Source of the DNA: the human T2T-CHM13v2.0 reference genome, Homo sapiens | Direction: 5' to 3' (one strand) | DNA: 64,000 nucleotides | Assembly (NCBI RefSeq): GCF_009914755.1 | Contig: NC_060937.1 | Shown: positions 56,011 through 64,000 of the stretch, in pieces | Layout: each line of letters starts with the position of its first letter | How positions within the stretch are numbered: position 1 is the first letter of the stretch | The notes under the pieces: generated by a model | The model's input: the letters and a program-made list of their open reading frames with translations, nothing else | Databases searched by the model: none | What the model was told of the DNA's origin: nothing | Position numbers and translations under genes: made by a program

Positions 56011-57366
56011 CATTTAGGTGAATTCATACAATTAATCTTCTAGCTCATTAAAAGAAATCTCAGACTTTAAGCAATACATTCTGAGATACGACACACTTAT
56101 TTTGTCTCCAGTAGAGCAAGAGTTCAAGATAATTTTCTTGAACAAGGAACAAGCAAGAGCTCTGTTGAAAACAGATTCAGACTTTGTGCCCATAATAGCA
56201 AATTATTCCATAAATGGGAGCCATGATCCAGTGAAGAAGGCATTTCCCTTTCAGGCATGACATATGTTTGATTACCAAGGGCAAGGTTCCTCATTTGATT
56301 GCCAACCTCCCTAATTAGGAGGCCTTGAAGATCATTGCCTGAAGGTTGTTCAAGCTGAAAAAGCATTCGCAAGCACAAACATATTTTATGTCCAGTAAAA
56401 GTCACTCTAGTTGACTGAATGCGGTTGGTTATCATAGAGACTTACTTGTTAGCTCCAGGCAAACACGGCCAGCAGCATTGGTATTGAAGACAAAAGACAG
56501 CCATCAGTATAAATTCTTGTCTACTATGCAAGGTGTATCTTTTGATCTTTTCAGAAAGAACTAGAAAATTGGATGGTATTTGCAGGAGCCTTTCAGCTGA
56601 GAAATGTCAATAATGTAATTGTGTTGAGACCAGTACATGGAATTGACTTGTTGGGAGATGGATACAGGTGCAAGGATGAAATGTGTATCTGATTACTATA
56701 TAGAACTGAGTTTGTGCATGAGATCATGGGTCACCAGGCTACATCAGCAAGCATTGGGAGAATTTAATGAATCCTCTATAGAGGCTTCTGAGTGCCAACT
56801 CCAAATCTGAAGTTTTTGGAAAACAGCAAGAAATAAAAAAGTAAGTTTCCTCCTGCTATTTGCATTTGTAGTGTATAACCCAGTTTCCTCCATTTGGTAG
56901 ATAATGTGATGACTGTAAAATCAAGACAGGTCATTCCATTTCCCTCAAGCAGAGTGAATCACCTTCATTGTGCACTGAATTTCTGCAAGCTGGGCAAGTA
57001 GGAGTTTTAAGTTGCTCTTAGGTGGTTCTTATTCGCTGCAGGTTATGTTAGCTTATTTTAAAAGGTATCTAAAATGAGCAGCATTGGTGAATAAAATTGT
57101 TCAATTTTGTAATTGTTTAAATGTACCTTTTGGTTTTATATTTTTCCCCTTTTCATTTATTCAGAACTGTAATTAAATTTGTTTTTTATTATCTGCTATT
57201 GAGTTATCAATGAATAGAAAGGAGATGGGGAAAATAGATTATAGGATCCTAACAACATTAATTTGTTTAATGCTTGACTCCATCTCCATGGATAGATAAC
57301 ACTTTTGGCACCACATTATTCTCTGGGCAAAATAAGTATTTTCTATTTTTAAAAATGTAAATAATT

Positions 57367-57631
57367 GGCCGGGTATGGTGGCTCAAGCCTGTAATGTTTT
57401 GGAGGCTGAAGTGGGCAGATTGCTTTAGCTCAGATGCTCAAAATCAGCCTGAGCAACATGACAAAGACCCCATCTTTACAAAAAAAAAATAGCCAGACAT
57501 GGTATTGTGTGCCTGTGGTCCCAGCTACTCAGGAGGCTGAGGCTGGAGGATCGCTTGAGTCCAGGAGATTGAGGCTACAGTGAGCCATGTTTGTGCCACT
57601 GCACTCCAGCCTGGGCAACAGCCTGCCTCCA
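57367..57631 (+). mobile_element. AluJ with small deletions and almost no tail
   Basis: J diagnostics. Perfect 16-bp TSD AAAAATGTAAATAATT at 57351 and 57632. Confidence 0.93.
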
Positions 57632-57868
57632 AAAAATGTAAATAATTGTATATCACATTTCTTCTGGTTACACTAGAATATGGACTACTGTATGTTGGTG
57701 TTATCTGAGAATAGATGGTGTCTTATGCATGTGTATCTTTGAAGAACCAGGAAGTGACTGCTTACGAGTGGTCTGTTCATGGATGCCTCATGGGATATGG
57801 CATAATTGAACATTCTTTTTCTTAGAAAGGAATCCATGCTTGCAATTTTTGTGATAATAGTTAACATT

Positions 57869-58155
57869 GGCCGGGTACAGTGGCTCATGGCTATAATCCA
57901 GCATTTTGGGAGGCCAAGGCGGGAAGATCACTTCCATTCAGGAGTTAGAGACCAGCACAGGCAACATAGCAAGACGCTGTCTCTACAAAAAATGAAAAAT
58001 TACCTGGGTGTGCTGGTGAATGCTTGTAGTCCCAGCACTCAAAGGCTGTGGTGGAATGATTGCTTGAGCCTGGGAGATCGAGCAGTGAGCTATGACTGCA
58101 CCACTGTACTCCAGCCTGGGCGACAGAGTAAGACCTTGTCTCAAAGACAAAAAAA
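57869..58155 (+). mobile_element. AluJ (diverged)
   Basis: Dimer. TSD AATAGTTAACATT / AATGGTTAACATT at 57856 and 58156. Confidence 0.93.
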
Positions 58156-58159
58156 AATG

Positions 58160-58390
58160 GTTAACATTTATTGAGTATTTACAGTGTGCTGGAGACTGTT
58201 GTAAGTGCTTCTTATGTTCTCTCATTTTATCCTTACAATACCAAGAGGTGGCTATCTTCCCCCTTTATGAATGAGGACAATGAGACACAATGAAATGAAG
58301 GAACCAGCCACAGGTCCCACCGCCCTTAAGTAGCAGAGTGGGAATTTGAACCTATGCAGCATGACTCTAAAGCCTACATTGAAAAACCCA
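58160..58390 (-). mobile_element. MIR
   Basis: TAACATTTATTGAG...ATGAGGACAATGAGACACA...AAGTAGCAGAGTGGGAATTTGAACC...TGACTCTAAAGCCT. Confidence 0.85.
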
Positions 58391-58778
58391 TCTTGAAGCA
58401 ATTCAAATATGTCTAATTTTATCATGTAGGAATATGCAGTCATCAAATTTGCATCTTTTGAGCCTTTAATACCAATCATCCTATCTTTTCTCAAAAGAAA
58501 AAATTTTGGAAGATGATTTTTTTCCTGTATTTGTTTTCATTCATATCTTTTGGGAACATAAATTTAACTATATATTCATTTTATGTAAGTGGCTCCAGCA
58601 CGAGTGAAAATGACTTCAGAGCAGGGGTTTTGATTTTTGCAGGCATGTCTACCACTCCCTGTGATGTTCAGTGTGTTACTGTGTAATAGATGATTAATAG
58701 GGGAAAGTGTTTTAGGTGGTTGTTATGTCTGTCAAGCTCAAATGCAGATAGAAATGTATTGCCTTAATTCTCTCTCTC

Positions 58779-59067
58779 TTTTTTTTTTTGTTTTTTTTTT
58801 TCACTTTTTGCCCAGGCTGGAGTGCAGTGGTGTGATCACGGCTCACTGCTGCTTCAACCTCCTGGGCTCGAGATCCTCCCACCTCAGCCTCCCAGGTAGC
58901 TAGGGCTACAGATGCGTGCCACCATGCTAGGCTAATTTTAAATTTTTTATAGAGGCTGGGTCTCAGCATGTTGCCCAGGCCAGTCTCAAATTCCTTGGCT
59001 GAAGCAATCTTCCAGCCTAGGCTTCCCAAAGTGCCAGGATTACAGGCATGAGCCACCGCACCCAACC
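58779..59067 (-). mobile_element. AluJo-like
   Basis: Poly-T, GATCACGGCTCACTGC, CCTGGGCTC and ATGTTGCCCAGG. Confidence 0.93.
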
Positions 59068-62000
59068 TAATATTCTTGTGTAGAAAAAAATAATAATAAT
59101 AACTAATTGATTTTTCTTATGTCATCACATTGCATTACCTTTATTCTACTAGCTCTGTTACCTCAAGGAGGCCATAGAATCTTCTGTTACTCAACTTCCT
59201 CATCTGTAAAATGGGATAATCGTACATTCTGTGCCTGTGTATCCATGAGATTACAAGCTTTGAGTGACAAAAGTTATCTACTTAGAAAAATAAAATTATA
59301 TATGTATATGTGTTTATAATAAATATACATATTTGATATGTGCAATAGTTGAATGTGCAAACTGCAATGGGGAAAATATTAAAACTGTGATTTTTCTGGA
59401 CCTTAAATATAGTTAAGTATATTTTAAAATGCTTTTGAAACATGGAAAAGTTTTCTGAGGCTTTGGAAGTATGAATTCAAAATGGTACTGCTAATGAGAG
59501 TAAATATTTCAAGGTAATGTGAAAAGTCTGAGACAGAGGTTATTGGCCAGTAATTTACCTGGAGGAAGGCAAGGTAAGTCTGCAAACATAGAGCATGTGG
59601 ATCTTTCTGTACTATGTCATTCTGTTCATATAATCTGAACATTTTTTTTAATCTCCATGCATTACTATCTTGAATAAACAAAATAATTAGGCAAAGAAAA
59701 CATATTTTAAAAAGTTAAAACGTGTTGGAAGAGAAACCATCAGAATATAAGCTGTTATGCCTTCCCAGCCTCTGTATTAAACATGGAATTTTTACTCTTT
59801 ACCCTAAGTCATTGGGAGAAGATGAAAGTTTTTTCAAAGGGAAAACCCAGGAACATGATTGTAAAGAAAATGTCTAGTTCCTAGAGAGAGCCAGTAAAAG
59901 AACATCATTCCACAAGTTACTGCCTCCAATTTAAAAACATCAAAACAGGATAAACAGTGTCTCCTACTGAGCGGAAAGTAGAGACCAGAAGGTTTGTTGA
60001 AACCCCAGAGTGAAAACCACTTAGAGAATCGGAATCGTTAAGTATAAGGTTGTGAGATGGATTCAGAGACCAGACTGAAATATGTCTCTGCCAATCTGTG
60101 CAGTGAAAGTGGATGACAAGGGAGATGGGAGACAGGAGTCAGAGGTGGCAGAACAGGCATTGGCCTCCCTGAGAGATGTCCAGGGCGTGAGAGTGAATTT
60201 GTGAGTAGGTGACAGAGGCATGTCACAAAAAGCAGGCACAGAGAGCAATACAGAATGAGAGGTCATTTTACTGTAGCCCAAAAGTTAGTATGGTCCACGG
60301 ATACCAGAGCCTATAAAATAATATCATGGATTTATGAAATATGAGAATTCTATTGTGTGCTGTGTGTGTAGATAAAAAAAGTAAGTGCCTACAAATTAGA
60401 TGTGCAGCAAAATAGAATCTTTTAAGTTTTCTATAATTGATGTGTTTACTTTTGAATCCCCCACCCTTACTGGTAGTGATGGTTGGAGTGGGATAGAATT
60501 GATGTATGTTGATGAGTTATCAGTGGATTATTTTTCCTCCAAAGTCGCTTTTGGTTTCCAAACACTTTCTGTTAGAAATATATTCAATAGGTTCACAGTT
60601 CAACTCCTGATCAGTTATTTCTATCCTTCTTCCCTTCTGAAAATCTATGTTTGCAGGCAGACTTAGAGGCTTCTAGTGTGGATGTGGAAGCCTTTAACTC
60701 CGTGACCCCACTGTGTGGCCAGTGCTTGAGTTCTAGGGTATGGGCCTCTGGATCTATTGTGCAGTGTTTGGTCTGATTCTGTCCTCTGGAATCTTACTCG
60801 CTTTTTTTGTTTTTCAAATCTGCAAAACGCACCCCTCTCTTGCTGACCACCTCTTGCTTGGTGCTACGGATACCTCCTGAAATCTGGCTGCTGTTTATAT
60901 TTGTTCATCAGCTCAAGTGGCCCATGCTTTAGCCCTAAGCTGCTGTGCCCTTGGTTCCTGTCACAGTTCAGACCTTATGGATTCTCCTTGCTGCTTGCCT
61001 GAAGCTCTGAAACTTTCTTGCCATACATAGGCCCTAGGAACCAAGATGAGTTTCCCGCTCAAACAGAGAAAATGTTCAAAACCCCATTGCTTCTGCCTGT
61101 TCCCACCTCATTTCCAAAAATTAGGCAAAAGTTGCAAAGCATCTGGCAGCCTGTTTTCCCTGTCATTGTCTCTAATTCCTTCCCACAAACCCCTAAGATG
61201 TATATTGCTCCATCCTGCTATGTAGGACTTATCCTGGGGCATAAAAACTTTCTTATCCAGAGAAATAAGCATCATGCCATAGATGTTCATAAGATATAGA
61301 ACAGACATTCATAGCCATTATCTACAGGTTGCAAGAGATTAAATATTTCCTTTATTCATTTAAAAACGTGTATTTTCTAAATCTTCTATAATAAACAGGT
61401 ACTATTAATACATATATTCATAAAAAGAAAAAGTGTTTACAAATTGCACAAAATAAGATGGAAAAGAATCCTGGTTTTTCTGCTTAAAGGAGTACTTCCT
61501 ATTCTATTATGAGATGTGAGACCCTGCAAATGCTAACAGACAGAGATAAATGAAAGATACAGGAACAGCAGTAGTGGTTAGGCAGAAAAAAACTTGGACC
61601 TTAAAAACCCGACTTCAGTAAGGGCAAAAGGAGTTTCTAGAGTCCCTGGGTCCGTGCAGTCAAAGCAGATAATCACAACTGGGAGAATTTCAAGAGAAGA
61701 CAGATTGTTCACTTGCAGGATTGCAACTGTTTTGTTTACTCTTGGTTGTTGATCTTTCACTTGTGACTGGATGATCATACAAAGACTCCAGCCTCAGTAA
61801 GTGATGAATTGTTAGTTGAAGGAGAACTGTGTTTTGTAATAAATAAGGTAACTCTTTCATAATCTCTGCTGTCAGGATGCTCTGGGGTATGTTTTGGGGT
61901 TCATTAGTTCTATAATATCTCTGCCAGTTCACCTCTACATGCCACTCCAAATAACTAATCAGAGGACAGCTTGTGTGCTTGCTGTGCAAGCTCAGTGGAA

Positions 62001-62894
62001 GCACTCAGCTCCTCAAACATCAGATTGTCTCTGCCCAGTTCTTCCTGGAGAGAATTTCTCAGTTGCCCTGTATTCTTCCAAGGTCTCTCCAGCATGTTTT
62101 GGTTCCTCTGAATGTAACCCTTTGCTTTTGAATTTCTGAGTGGTAGATCCATTTTACCATCTCCTTACAGTATTAGTACCCATAAAGACATTACCTGTGA
62201 TTGAGTCTCTTTGATCAAGGGCTGTAAACCCATCCAAGGTGAGAATGTAAGGGTGGGAAAATCCATTTTTCTGTGACATCAGGACCAAATAACTGCAAAG
62301 GAAAGGTGCCCAAATATATTAAATATTGTCTTAGTGACTTTTACTAAAAAACATAACTGTGAGATGGAGTTCTGCTCGAGTACTGTCAGGCACTTAATAT
62401 ATTCCAAATAAATATGGCTGGAGTTAGATTGACTGAACTTATTCACAGAGGGAGAGAGTTTGGAAGTGACTTACTGATAATAAAAAAAAAAACTTTTTTA
62501 AAGGGTTTGAGGTGAGGTCTTACATAGGAAAAGTCATTTTCTGATGTTCTAACTTGCTTTACTAATCTTCAGGAAACAACTGTGGTACATTTTGTCCTAA
62601 ATAAATGTTTCTTAAAGGAGTACTCAAGTGGTTGTTAAAGTTTTAAGCACTCTGCATCTTTTTAAATAAATGCATTGCTTAGCAAGTACAAATGTGAGTC
62701 TCCCAGATTCCATCGCCCCACTGACTTCTGCCAAACAGTGCTAGTATTAATTTTTAGGTGAAAAGACAGGTCAGAACGGTCTGAATTCAACATTATACTG
62801 ATGAACGACTATTTTTTAAATGGCTGCAAAATGTATTAGTATCTCTACCAAGACGTTTCATAAGTACTAAATAATGTCAGTAGGTTTTGTGTCT

Positions 62895-64000
<1,106 letters not shown>

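Noticed and set aside
59750-61010. GC-richer patches resembling old ERVL/MaLR LTRs
   Set aside because: I could not identify termini, TSDs or a family with confidence.

Overview
AT-rich, CpG-depleted primate genomic DNA, hominid and probably human, judged from AluY elements and an L1PA2/3-type LINE. I found no host protein-coding exon, RNA gene, CpG island or CRISPR-like array, and I cannot name the locus. It reads as a deep intron or intergenic region. Much of it is layered transposon debris: 17 Alus plus one FAM (most with readable target-site duplications, TSDs), L1PA/L1PB/L1MA/L1MB fragments, a HAL1-like element, THE1 and ERV1 solo LTRs, hAT MITEs, L2 and MIR. The only real protein-coding frame is the C-terminal 281 aa of L1 ORF2p at the right edge. 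I do not see a convincing new biological system. The most unusual observation is a repair-scar-like structure inside an L1MA 3' end. It consists of a perfect palindrome with 29-bp arms, then (AT)19, then a 28-nt segment matching sequence 2.86 kb upstream. Other leads are a tight CRE + RFX X-box module, a HOX/MEIS motif block and a hairpin MITE carrying an NF-kB site. Repeat subfamily names come from recalled consensus features, not from RepeatMasker, and boundaries of old repeats are approximate.
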